From Stegostoma tigrinum (lineage: Eukaryota), in the NCBI RefSeq assembly GCF_030684315.1, contig NC_081358.1, forward strand, positions 55,748,942 through 55,812,941: a stretch of 64,000 nucleotides of DNA. Reading direction: 5' to 3'. A program made the translations under genes and the position numbers. Position 1 is the stretch's first letter; each line of letters begins with the position of its first letter. This document shows positions 1-12,022 of the stretch, in pieces. Below the pieces are notes generated by a model. It was not told the origin of the DNA. It saw nothing but the letters and a program-made list of their open reading frames with translations, and did no database searches.

Positions 1-2084
1 CTGGACAGTTGCTGCAACTGAAGGAAGGAGCTGTCATTCTAGGTTAAGGTCCGTCGGTGAAACAGTTTTTGGTAATGCTGAATATTGACCAGCAGAAAAC
101 CCCTCACACAGGAGTGGACACAAGTCATCATTACATTGCATGTGTGAACAGGTGCATATGTTAGTCCCTTCCCAGAGTCTTTAGAAAAGTAAATATACAC
201 ATACAAAGGCACCAACCAGCCACTGAGATTTATTCATTAATGTATCCAGGAAAGTGAATTATAGACTAAATTCATGCCATGTGGGTATCATAGGCTGGGC
301 TAGTATTTATCGTCCATTTCTAAGTGCCCTTGAGAATCTTGCAGAATTGCTTTAGGTTAAGGATGTTGATCACAATACACATCAGGTCAGATAGGCCTCT
401 AGATACATTGTAATGATAATCATTAACAACAAAGACTTTTATCTTAGGAGTGTCTGGTTGATTACCAGCACTGGCATAGCACTGTAAAAGTGAATGCCCA
501 TTTTGTAGACAACTGTCATAGTACTTTCATCTTAAGACATCCTCGGTGGCTGGCTATCCGATGAGGAAGTCTAACTGAGTTCTAGGAATCTCAAAAATGA
601 TGTGTTGAATATTGGATAATAATGCTACTTCAAACATTAATTAGACGCCATTCTACTGTGATCCATGATGTGCTGGCGTGTATGAGTCAGTGGTCGTGAG
701 TGGGTTGAATACAGAAGATGAGAAGTCTATCGTTAACTGAGGAAACTTAGCAAGATGAATCCATTATTCTCCATGAGATCCTTTATATTTCAACAATGGA
801 TCCTTACCCTGCTAACCTCTTTACAAGAAATAAGACCTCGAAGTCATGAAGTCCTTTTCCTGTGCATTTCTGCCCTATTTTTAAACAGAAATATAGTGCA
901 CAGTTTTACATCTGATCCACATCTGCATGACTGTTCCTTTTTGATGCTGCTCCATGCTAGTAAGTGGTCACCCATTTAGAAATTTTAGATATATTTTTCC
1001 CAATATTAGAATGCTGCAGTCCTTAAACCACTGAAATATTGATAGATATTTTTCCCCTAAAACCGGGGTTCTGGATAACTGGAGTCTTTTTGCTGTAGTT
1101 TGTCCTGAATGACAAATGACAGAGGAAGTTGTAACTTTTAAATTCTCATCTGTGCGTTAAATACAGCCATGCTTTCATCTCTCCTTTATTTTGTAACCTC
1201 CTCCATAACCATTCGGAGATCTCTGTCCTGCATCATTCTGGGTACTTGCACACCTCCAAACTCCTTTAACCATTCATTAACTATCTGTATTGTCTCATCA
1301 TGCACTAAGCTTTGAAAAGGCATTGGCAATCATGGACCACTGCATCGGTCCAGCATAATGCCTGGTGAGGTTTTGCAATAATTTGCCATATCTTATTGGC
1401 TGAGCATCTCTTCAGTATTTGTTGCCAGAAATTGGTGTCACTTGGATCGATTTGCAGGATGATACTCAACCTGTGTGGCCATTATCGACTCACCCTGTTT
1501 GGCTATGTTAGAGATATATCTTCTTTGGCTATTGAGCCCACGAGGTTTTTGTTCAAAGGTAGGGATGACAGTACTGCACCACACAACGTTCACTGCCCAA
1601 GTGACTGAGGGAATCCTGCCATCCCATCTAATCCGATTCAATGTCTCTAGCTCTGTAAATCTCTTTCCTCTATTAAATAGCTTCTTTAAAAATCACGTTT
1701 CTCGTGAATTTGTCCTAATGTAGCTGAGTGTCAAACTTAATCTGATAACACTGCTGCAAAGCACCTTGGGACATTTCACAAGGTTAAACATGTTGTTCAA
1801 ATGTATGCTGTTTTTTAATATATGGAGGCACTGTAGCTTGCAACAATATACATCTCTACTGTCTTTTCCAATGCAATGTAACAATGGAAAATCTAACCTT
1901 ATATTGCTTAATATATTTTATAATTATCTGACCATGTGAAAATGAGAGCTTTTCCTAATAAGTTAGTTTGTTAGTATTATTTAATTTCAAAATAACAGCG
2001 CACAGGTCAGCCAAAAATAATAACCACGATGTAAAGAATAGAAAGTATAGTCCATTAACAAATATCTTCCCATTATCATAGATG

Positions 2085-2190
2085 ACCCTCATTATGTGTC
2101 AGTAGTGTCCTTACCTCTGGACTAGGAGGCCTGAATTGAAATCCATACCTGCTCTAGAAATGCATAGTAACCTCTGAATAGAAATATTTA
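2085..2190 (+). mobile_element. Short (~110 bp) tRNA-head SINE-like repeat, degenerate
   Basis: gtagtgtccttacctctggactaggaggcctgaattgaaatcc resembles a tRNA head with A/B boxes. Similar copies occur at ~8515-8640, ~20075-20190 and, on the minus strand, ~53620-53730. Confidence 0.45.
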
Positions 2191-2217
2191 TCTGATGTCT
2201 GTGTAAGTTATTTTCCA

Positions 2218-2413
2218 CATACACACAAAGTTGCCGGAAAAGCTCAGCAAGACTGGCAGCATCTGTGAACCCAGTTCTGAGGAAGGGTCACTGGACCCAA
2301 AACGTTAACTCTGTTTTTCCCTTCATAGATGCTGCCAGTCCTGCTGAGCTTTTCCAGCAACTTTGTTTTTGTTCCTGATTTACAGCATCCTCAGTTTATT
2401 CGGTTTGTGTTAG
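2218..2413 (+). mobile_element. Non-autonomous PLE terminal-repeat mini-element (family D) with inverted arms and a hammerhead motif
   Basis: A ~45-bp arm (acaaagttgccggaaaagctcagcaagactggcagcatctgtgaa, ~2225-2269) is the near reverse complement of ~2323-2366. TSD gttattttcca at 2207-2217 and 2414-2424. The downstream gatgctgcc..ctgctgag..ccagca motif is shared with the family A pLTR. Confidence 0.75.
2273..2310 (+). ncRNA. Minimal type I hammerhead ribozyme-like motif (G12 mutated to A)
   Basis: agtt-CTGAGGA-a-GGGTC actg GACCC-AAAA-CGTT-aact: stem I AGUU/AACU, 5-bp stem II, ACGU palindrome in place of stem III. Confidence 0.65.
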
Positions 2414-3124
2414 GTTATTTTCCAAATCAAACTGTTCAGAAACATCATTTCACACCTCTGGTAGTAGGTGAGGTTTTGAATCCAGATGTCCCTGGATGAG
2501 AAGTAAATTCAATATGGCAAACTAGAAAGGCCCATCCTCTCCCCGAACCCATAACAGTTCAGCAAACATCTTTACTGTATTAAGATGGTTAGTTAACATA
2601 GTATGCTTAGTAATGATTGAACTGTGCACAGCATTGCAAATTTACTTCTTCTTTACCCATGGAGCAAGTAACAACTTGTGCACACAACTCTTCTGAAGGG
2701 CGTCAAAAGTTTATATATTTTTTAATCATAGAATTGTCAGGCTTTATTTAAAGTACATATAAGTTAGCTTGTTTTGGTGAGAAGGTGAAATCAAAAGTAC
2801 GGTCCAGATTTTGGAAATGTTGGAATGGTCCCTGATATTACATTTATAAATGGTTAGCATGGCCTGATATTAGCATTCTTGCCAGATTCCCTGTATCTCC
2901 TGTTTTCACAGGCAGATAATGAGCATGCTCTCTGTACCCCTGGGTTGACTTGCTTGGCTCTATTAAGATGTTAGACAACACCAATGCCCAATAAAATTTT
3001 GTGGATTTCAGCTGGTTTCTTCACGATGTGATTCATTGTTCTTTGCAAGTGCAGCAGGTAATGAAGAAGGCAAATGGAATACTGTCCTTCATTGCCAGGA
3101 ATTTGAAAATTGGATGGCTTTGCT

Positions 3125-3672
3125 GCAGCTATGTAGGGTAATGGTGAGGACATATATGGAATATTATGTACAGTTTTGTTCTTCTTACTTAAGAAATGAT
3201 GTACTGGCACTGGGGGTAGAGACGAGGTTCATGAGGTTGATTCTGGAATGAGAGGATTGACTTATGAGGAGAGATTGAGTAGGGTGGGACTACACGCCTT
3301 GGAATTTAGAAGAATGAAGGGGGATCTTACAGAAATATATAAAATTATAAATGGAATAGATAGGATAGAAGCAGGGAGATTGTTTCCACTGGCAGATGGA
3401 ACTAGAACTGGGGGGCATAGCCTCAAAATAAAGGGAAGCAGATGTAGGACTGAGTTCAGGAGGAACTTCTTCACCCAAAGCGTGTGAATCTGTGGAATTC
3501 TCTGCCTAGTGAAGCATGTGAGGCTACCTTGTTGAATGTTTTTAGGGCAAAGATAGATCAATTTTTGAACAGTAAAGGAATTAAAGGTTATGGTGAGCAG
3601 GCAGGTAAGTGGAGCAGAGTCCACAAAAAGATCAACTAATGTCTTATTGAATAGAGGGAGTGATTCAAAGGT
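3125..3672 (+). mobile_element. CR1-clade LINE, 3' fragment (end of ORF2 plus 3' UTR), degenerate
   Basis: ORF 3248-3487 GLTYEERLSRVGLHALEFRRMKGDL..TGGHSLKI..RRNFFTQ is the typical CR1 ORF2 C-terminus. Confidence 0.85.
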
Positions 3673-4218
3673 CATAGCATTTCTTCGTCGCTGCCTCCTT
3701 GTCCATCACTGTCTCCAAATAAGTCCCTTTACCGTGCTTGCCAGCTCATGGTTCTTCCATATCTATCACCCACCCTCAGCTATTCTGCAAAAATATCAAT
3801 CAAACAGAGTGTAAAAGTTGCAAAAATAGCGGCATCAATACTTCACAACTCTCAATCTTGATGAAGTAAACATTGCAATACTGATCAAAGGCAATGCAGA
3901 AACAACAGCTTACAACTACAAAAGGTGTCAATCAAACAAAGTCAACTGTACTCTTCCTGTGTCACAAAATGCACCCACTCATATCTGTTTTATGAGACTA
4001 AGCTCTCAGTCACATTTTTACGTTTTTACAAGCAGTTTTCTTAGTTTAGTATAAGGTGTGTGAATTTGTTTTTTTTTGACAGTTTCACACTTGCTGTTGT
4101 TGCTACCATGTTTATAGGTTGTTTACACACTGAGTGATTGGGGAATGGAAAGGATGTGGCTTTGCAAGGAAGGTATGAGGGCCATGGGGGTAGGTGGGGA
4201 CAGGGATTAGCATCAGTT

Positions 4219-5110
4219 GACATAGAACATAGAACATTACAGCGCAATACAGGCCCTTTGGCTCTCGATGTTGTGCTGACCTGTGAAACCAATCTGAAGC
4301 CCATCTAACCTACACTATTCCATTATCATCCATATGTTTATCCAATGACCATTTAAATGCTCTTAAAGTTGGTGAGTCTACTACTGTTGCAGGCAGGACA
4401 TTTCACGCCCTTACTACTCTCTGAGTAAAGAACCTATCTGTAACATCTGTTTTATATCTATCACCCCTCAATTTAAAACTATATCCCCTCGAGCTAGCCA
4501 TCACCATTTGAGGAAAAAGGCTCTCACTGTCTACACTATCTAATCCTCTGATCATCTTGTATGTCTCTATTAAGTCACCTCTTCTCTCTAATGAAAAATG
4601 CCTCAAGTTCCTCAGCCTTTCCTCGTAAGGTCTTCCCTCCATACCAGGCAACATCCTGGTAAATCTCCTCTGCACCCTTTCCAATGCTTCCACATCCTTC
4701 CTAAAATGCCGTGACCAGAAATTGTAGGCAATACTCCAAGTGTGGCTGCACCAGAGTTTTGTACAGCTGCAACATGATCTCACGGCTCTGAAACTCATAC
4801 CCTCTACTAATAAAACCTAACACACCGTACACCTTCCTAACAACCCTATCGACGTGGGTGGCAACTTTCAGGGATCTACGCATATGGACAGAGATCTCTC
4901 TGCTCATCCACGCTACCAAGAATCTTAACATTAGCCCAGTACTCTGTATTCCTGTTACTCCTTCCGAAGTGAATCACCGCACACTTTTCCGTATTAAGAT
5001 CCATTTGCCACCTCTCAGCCCAGCTCTGCAGCTTATCTAGGTCCCTCTAAAACCTGCAACATTCTTCCACACTATCCACAACTCCACTGGCTTTAGTGTC
5101 ATCTGCAAAT
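4219..5110 (-). mobile_element. CR1-clade LINE, 3' fragment
   Basis: ORFs 4701-4931 and 4403-4798 (LYKTLVQPHLEYC, ALERVQRRFTRMLPG, FFTQRVV); FADD codons at ~5098-5109 on the minus strand; simple-repeat tail (catagaa)n at ~4219-4235. Confidence 0.9.
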
Positions 5111-5224
5111 AGAGATGGCATTGGTACTGAGTGGAGGGGGTAGTGGTGAGGGATAAGTTACAAAGGGTTTAAAATATTGAGATTCTAATCAAGAATAAGA
5201 AAACTGATCATGCATTATATAAAG

Positions 5225-5525
5225 GCAATTGAGATCAAATGAAGGTGAGGGGACAGTTTTAAAAAGGACATGAGGGGGCAACCTTTTTACACAGAGAGTG
5301 TTTTGCGTGTAGAATGAACTACCAGAGGAAGTATTGGATACAGGTACAGTTATAACATTTAACAGACATTTGGATAAGCACATGAACATGAAAGGTTTGG
5401 AGGGATATGGGCCAAACGCAGGCAAGGGGGACTAAGTTAGTTTTGGAACATGGTCAGCATGGATTAGTTGGATTGAAGGGTTTGTTTCCATTGCCGAATG
5501 ACTCTATGGCTCTATGACTCTATGA
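5225..5525 (+). mobile_element. CR1-clade LINE 3' end with (actctatg)n tail
   Basis: ggggcaacctttttacacagagagtg (GNLFTQRV), a CR1-type 3' UTR and a terminal gactctatggctctatgactctatga repeat. Confidence 0.8.
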
Positions 5526-6245
5526 ATGAAAGGATATGGGGCAAAAGTGAGGACAGGCTATTGACTTGGATAATTAACCATGACCATAACTATTAGCAGA
5601 ATCAGCTCAAATGGCTGAATAATCTTGTCTTGCTCCTGTTTAAAATATCACTGTAAAATATCACAATACAACTAGGATAATGTCCTAAAGGTTTGAGATG
5701 GGCCTTCTAGACCTGTATTGCGGCATTTAACCATTCTCTGCTACCAGCACCCCATAGCTCCCTCTCCTCATCTTCAAAACTGCCAACTTCCCTTTTCTGA
5801 GTTTGGCAGATCTGATCTATTATTTTCTCCTTCTTGCTTCACAGCAAAAATGTTGCCATCCAGGGGGTTTCCCACAGATTGCTATGATTCATACATGCTT
5901 TTGAACACTGAAACAGACACTAGAACGTTTTGTTAATTAAAAATAACTTGTGTGGAGTCTGTTCACCCACTGAAGCTGTGAGGCTTGCAGGTTGACTGAG
6001 AATCTTTAAAATAATTTTTTACTGTGTTGGCGAAGTTGTGACAAAACATGCAAGAAAATCTCCCAATCATGCTTCAGAAGCCCCCTTCAAACCTAGGATG
6101 CCATTTTTGTTTGTTCCAGATAAAATGGTAGGCATTGGAAGACATGAGCCCAATTGTTACCCACCAAACTGTCATGTTGTCCTTTTTTTGAGCTCAGTGG
6201 GTAATTTAATTTAAAAGCAATTTGAAGCTATCAGTCCTTCGTGTT

Positions 6246-7935
6246 AGAGATAATGGGAACTGCGGATGCTGGAGAATCCAAGATAACAAAGTGTGAAGCT
6301 GGACAAACACAGTAGGCCAAGCAGCATCTCAGGAGCACAAAAGCTGACATTTCGGGCCTAGTCCCTTCATCAGCGAGGGGGATGGGGAGAGGGTTCTGGA
6401 ATAAATAGGGAGAGAGGGGGAGGTGGACCGAAGATGGAGAAAAAAGAAGATAGGTGGAGAGGAGAGTATAGGTGGGGAGATAGGGAGGGGATAAGTCAGT
6501 CCAGGGAAGACGGACAGGTCAAGGAGGTGGGATGAGGTTAGTAGGTAGGAAATGGAGGTGCGACTTGAGGTGGGAGGAAGGGAAGGGTGAGAGGAAGAAC
6601 AGGTTAGGGAGGCAGAGACAGGCTGGGCTGGTTTTGGGAGGCAGTGGGGGGAGGGGATGAGCTGGGCTGGTTGTGTGATGCCGTGGGGGGAGGGGACGAA
6701 CTGGGCTGGTTTTGGGATGTGGTGGGGGAAGGCGAGATTTTGAAGCTGGTGAAGTCCACATGGATTCCATTGGGCTGCAGGGTTCCCAAGCGGAATATGA
6801 GTTGCTGTTCCTGCAACCTTCGGGTGGCATCATTGTGGCACTGCAGGAGGCCCATGATGGACATGTCATCTAAAGAATGGGAGGGGGAGTTAAAATGGTT
6901 CGTGACTGGGAGGTGCAGTTGTTTATTGCGAAACGAGCGGAGGTTTTCTGAAAAGCAGTCCCCAAGCCTCCGCTTGGTTTCCCCAATGTAGAGGAAGCCA
7001 CACCAGGTACAGTAGATACAGTATACCACATTGGCAGATGTGCAGGTGAACATCTGCTTAATATGGAAAGTCATCTTGGGGCCTGGGATGGGGGTGAGGG
7101 AGGAGGTGTGGGGGCAAGTGTAGCACTTCCTGCGGTTGCAGGGGAAGGTGCTGGGTGTGGTGGGGTTGGAGGGGAGTGTGGAGCGAACAAGGGAGTCACA
7201 GAGAGAGTGGTCTCTCCGGAAGGCAGACAAAGGTGGGAATGGAAAAATGTCTTGGGTGGTGGGGTCGGATTGTAGATGGCGGAAGTGTTGGAGGATGATG
7301 CGTTGTATCCGGAGGTTGGTGGGGTGGTGTGTGAGAACGAGGGGGATCCTCTTGGGGCGGTTGTGGCAGGGGTGGGGTGAGAGGGATGTGTTGCAGGAAA
7401 TGCGGGAGACGCAGTCAAGGGCGTTCTCGATCACAGCGGGGGGAAAGTTGCGGTTCTTGAAGAACATGGACATCTGGGATGTGCGGGAGTGGAATGCCTC
7501 ATCCTAGGAGCAGATGCTGCGGAGGCGGAGGAATTGGGAATAGGGGATGGAATTTTTGCAGGAGGGTGGGTGGGAGGAGGTGTATTCTAGGTAGCTGTGG
7601 GAGTCGGTGGGCTTGAAATGGACATTAGTTTCTAGCTGGTTACCTGAGATGGAGACTGAGAGGTCCAGGAAGGTGAGGGATGTGTTGGTGATGGCCCAGG
7701 TGAACTTGAGGTTGGGGCGGAAGGTGTTGGTGAAGTGGATGAACTGTTCAAGCTCCTCTGGGGAGCAAGAGGTGGCGCTGATACAGTCATCAATGTAACG
7801 GAGGAGGAGGTGGGGTTTGGGGCCTGTGTAGGTGCAGAAGAGGGACTGTTCCATGTAACCTACAAAGAGGCAGGCATAGCTTGGGCCCATGCGAGTACCC
7901 ATTGGCCACCCCCTTTGTCTCTAGGAAGTGGGAGG
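6246..7935 (-). mobile_element. Penelope-like element, family A (Neptune-like), 5'-truncated: partial RT, GIY-YIG and pLTR with tail
   Basis: ORF 7504-7902 (MGTRMGPSYACLF, RYIDD) and ORF 6604-7473 (CNRRKCYTC linker, NVVYCIYC..YIGETKRRL) are separated by an in-frame stop. TSD gtccttcgtgtt 6234-6245 / gtccttagtgtt 7936-7947. Hammerhead motif at 6346-6373. Confidence 0.95.
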
Positions 7936-8277
7936 GTCCTTAGTGTTGCTTTGATGCCCTTTTCAGTGCCTGGCTTTAACTCCTTTAGGAAAACCCTGAC
8001 TTGTGCTGAAAGGCTTCTGTAATGCCACATTAGTATCCCTGTGTTTAAGCTATCTGATCTGATTTCAAATACTGGCTACTCCAGAAATGTTATATTTAAA
8101 CAGGTTGATCAAAGATGTCTGCGTTGGTGGTGCCCTTATTTTTCACCTAGTAAGACCTGCCTTTGAGATGAATTGTAACAGCTTGGCATAAAAGTAACTA
8201 TTGTTGCTTAAGATCTAGTCTTGGCCATTTATCTATTGACTAGGTGATCTAGGAAAATCAAGTGCTTAGTATAAGCA

Positions 8278-8492
8278 GAGATAATGGGAACTGCAGATGC
8301 TGGAGAATCCAAGATAATAAAATGTGAGGCTGGATGAACACAGCAGGCCGAGAAGCATCTCAGGAGCACAAAAGCTGACGTTTCGGGCCTAGACCCGTCA
8401 TCAGAGAGGGTCTAGGCCCGAAACGTCAGCTTTTGTGCTCCTGAGATGCTGCTTTGCCTGCTGTGTTCATCCAGCCTCACATTTTATTACAT
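8278..8492. mobile_element. Palindromic PLE-pLTR mini-element (family A) with hammerhead motif
   Basis: Left arm is the reverse-complemented pLTR end with tail; right arm (~8407-8489) is the same pLTR end in forward orientation. Perfect 15-bp TSD tgcttagtataagca at 8263-8277 and 8493-8507. Confidence 0.9.
8377..8404 (-). ncRNA. Minimal type I hammerhead ribozyme motif, core intact
   Basis: Minus strand reads CTGATGA-c-GGGTCTAGGCCC-GAAA-CGTC, with all core nucleotides and a GUC cleavage triplet. Confidence 0.75.
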
Positions 8493-8719
8493 TGCTTAGT
8501 ATAAGCATATGTAATAGGGCTCTTCTGGCACTGTCGCAGTATTCATACCTTTGGACTAGAAGGCCTGTATGTAAGTCCCACTTGCTTTTGGAAGGTGTGT
8601 AGTAACATCCCTGAACAAATTGATTAGAAAATATCAATGTTAAGATTGTGGGGCTCTTGTGGCCCAATGGTAGTGTCCTTGCCTTAAAATCAGTAAGCCC
8701 AACTTTCATTTATTTAGTA

Positions 8720-10110
8720 TCTCACCCATTTCTTGTGATTCCACACATAGACAAGTTAACTGACCTTTAAGGGGCCTTATTCTCTCCCTGGTTACTTTTT
8801 TGCCCCTAATATACTTGCAGACTCTCTGGATTCTCCTTTAACTTATCTGCCAAAGTTATCTAATGTCCCCCTTTGCCCTCCTGACTTCCCTCTTCAGTAA
8901 CTCCTACACCGTTTATACTCCTGAAGGGATTCACTTGAACCCAGCTACCTTTACCTGTCAAGAGCCTTATATTTCTAGTCATCCAAAGCTCTCAACTCCT
9001 CCCAGCCTTGAACTTCACACTATTAGGAACACATTGGCTTTAAAGCTTGTTATCTCACTTTTGAAAGACTTCCACTTGCCAGCTGTCTCTTCACCTATGA
9101 ACAACCTATCCCAATCAACTTCTGAAAGTTTCTGTCTAATACTATCAAAACTGGCCTTACCCCACTTTAGATCTTTAACTTGGAGACTGGACCTATCCTT
9201 TCCCATGACTAATTTGAAATTAATAGAATTATGGTCACTGATCCCAAAGTGCTCCACATTAACACCTCCGTCACTCGCCCTGCCTTTTCCCCAAGAGGTG
9301 GTCAAGTTTTGCCCCGATCTAGTAGGGCCATCTACATATTAATTGAGAAAAATTTTCTGAACACATTTAACAAATTCCTCCCTGTCCAAGCTCTTTACAC
9401 AATAGCAGTCCCAGTCTATGCTTGGAAAGTTAAAATCCCCTATTACAATCCAGTACAAACCTATTATTCTTACAGATATCTGTGATCTCCTCACATATTT
9501 CCCACTGATTATTGGAGGGGTGTATAGCAGAATCCTGTCAATTGATCACCCACTTCTTATTTCTCAGTTCTACCCATATAGCTTCACTGAATGATCCCCA
9601 CGAATATTGACTCTAAGTACAGCCATGTTGATTTCCCTAGTCAAAAATTCCACTCCCTTCCTCCCTTGCTTCCCCTTCTATACTTCCTATAGCATCTGTA
9701 TCCTGGAACAATGTGCTGTTGGTCCTGTCCTTCTCTCAGCCATGTTTCTGTAAAGCTATGATATCCTGGTGCCAGGTTCCCATCCATGACCTGAGTTCAT
9801 CTGCTTTACCTGTTAGGCCCTTGAAATAAATGCAGTCTAATTCAAAAGCATTGTTCCCTGTCATGCTCTTGTATGCCTTGTCTATTTAACTTGCTGTCTA
9901 TAATGACTGTATTACCCTCGACCTTCTCTTTTGTCTCACTACTGTTTAGGGTCCCACTCCTGCCAGACTAGTTTAAATCTTCTGATTAGTTCTGGCAAAT
10001 CTCCCTTCCAGTGTATTGGTTCCCCGTCCAATTCAGGTACAACCTGTTTCCCTTGCACAGGTCATCTCTGTCCCAGAGGAGATCCCAATGATCCAAAAAT
10101 TTGAATTTGT
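8720..10110 (-). mobile_element. CR1-clade LINE internal relic (end of ORF1 esterase-like region plus AP endonuclease region)
   Basis: ORF 9015-9305 EHFGISDHNSINFKL..KWGKASFDSIRQKLSEVDW carries the APE SDH motif. Minus strand near 10000-10100 reads FLDHWDLLW, like CR1 ORF1 SGNH C-termini. Confidence 0.75.
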
Positions 10111-10883
10111 GTTTTAAATCATGGATCACAACATTTACAAGCAGTTACAGTCAAAAGACTGACAAAATATCAAAAACTACAGGCATGCAAAAATCTGAAA
10201 GAAATATTGGGGAAGTTTTTTGAATCCTTGGAATTGCTTTGGTCGAAGTAAGACTGAACAAACTGGTGATTTGAACTCTGCACGTCCTGAATGTAGTGTC
10301 ATACTATGTTGGAGAGCACATTGAGTTGGCTGAGAAGGCATCCTAAGCAGTTGCATTCCAAGTGAAAATCCCTTTTCCCTCAAAAATAGTACATGAGAAT
10401 TTTGCACCATTGGCTTCAACCAGTCGCCGCAGTTTCCCTGGCCACTTAGAGTCAATGTGCTGCAAATTGGTGACCCTAATAAAAAAGACTTATCCAACTG
10501 TGAGTTGCTGATTTTTTTTTGGTGCAATGATAAATAGAAATCTTAAATGGTCTCCCCTAAAAGATGAAAAATCAATTAAAAATTGAGTCAGGGATTGACA
10601 ATATTGTTTTAGGTAAAAGCATAGAATGATGTGAATGAAAGGACTAAGGATACAGATCAGCCAATGATTTGAGTGCATGACCACAAATTGAAATGGCATC
10701 TTCCTCCTATCCACTAATGGACAGATATCTGAACAGTGTTTTACTCATGCCAGAACTATGCTCACAAAATGCTCACATAATTGTGCAAGAAATACATATA
10801 AGCAGTTTGTGCATATTAATAATCTGCCATTTGAGGTACAGTGCACAGACATCCGCATATAAAACTGGGTTCACTTGGGATAA

Positions 10884-12022
10884 GAGATAATGGGAACTGA
10901 AGATGCTGGAGAATCCAAGATAGCAAAGTGTGAACACAGCAGGCCAAGCAGCATCTTAGGAGCACAAAAGCTGACATTTCAGGCTGAGACCCTTCATCAG
11001 AAAAGGGGAATGGGGAGAGGGTTCTGAAATAAATAGGGAGAGAGGGGGAGGCGGGCTGAAGATAGATAGAGGAGAAGATAGGTGCAGAGGAGAGTATGGG
11101 TGGGGAGGTAGGGAGGGGATAGGTCAGTCCGGGGAGGACGGACAGGTCAAGGGGGTGAGATGAGGTTAGTAGGTAGAAAATGGAGGTGCAGCTTGAGGTG
11201 GGAGGAGGGGATACGTGAGAGGAAGAACAGGTTAGGCAGGCGGGGACGAGCTGGGCTGGTTTTGGGATGCAGTGGGAGGAGGGGAGATTTTGAAGCTGGT
11301 GAAATCCACATTGATACCATGGGGCTGCAGGGTTCCCTAGCGGAATATGAGTTGCTGTTCCTGCATCCGCTGTACATGGTGTGGCTGCCTCTACATTGGG
11401 AAAACCAAGCGGAGGCTTGGGGGCCGCTTTGCAGAAAACCTACGCTCGGTTCGCAATAAACAACTGCACCTCCAGATGCGAACCATTTCAACTCCCCTTC
11501 CTATTACTTAGACGACATGTCCATCCTGAGCCTTCTGCAGTGCCATAATGATGCCAGCCATAGGTTGCAGGAACAGCAACTCATATTCCACTTGGGAACC
11601 CTGCAGCCCAATGGTATCAATGTGGATTTCACAAGCTTCAAAATCTCCCCTCCCCCTACTGCATCCCAAAACCAGCCCAGCTCGTCCCCGCCTGCCTAAC
11701 CATTTCTTCCTCTCACCTATCCCCTCCTCCCACCTCAAGCCGCACCTCCGTTTCCTACCTACTAACCTCAACCAGCCCCCTTGACCTGTCCGTCCTCCCC
11801 GGACTGACCAATCCCCTCCCTACCTCCCCACCCATACTCTCCTCTGCACCTATCTTCTCCTCTATCTACCTTCAGTCCGCACCCCCCCCTCCCTATTTAT
11901 TTCAGAATCCTCTCCCAATCCCCCTTTTCTGATGAAGGGTCTAGGCCCAAAACGTCAGCCTTTGTGCTCCTAAGATACTGCTTGGCCTGCTGTGTTCATC
12001 CAGCCCCACACTTTGTTGTCTG
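10884..12022. mobile_element. Fold-back (head-to-head) PLE family A insertion: two 3' fragments in opposite orientation
   Basis: 10884-11365 is the minus-strand 3' end with tail; 11361-12021 is the plus-strand GIY-YIG fragment plus pLTR. The junction shares ctgca. Imperfect TSD cttgggataa 10874-10883 / cttggggtaa 12023-12032. Hammerhead motifs at 10973-11000 (-) and 11929-11956 (+). Confidence 0.92.
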
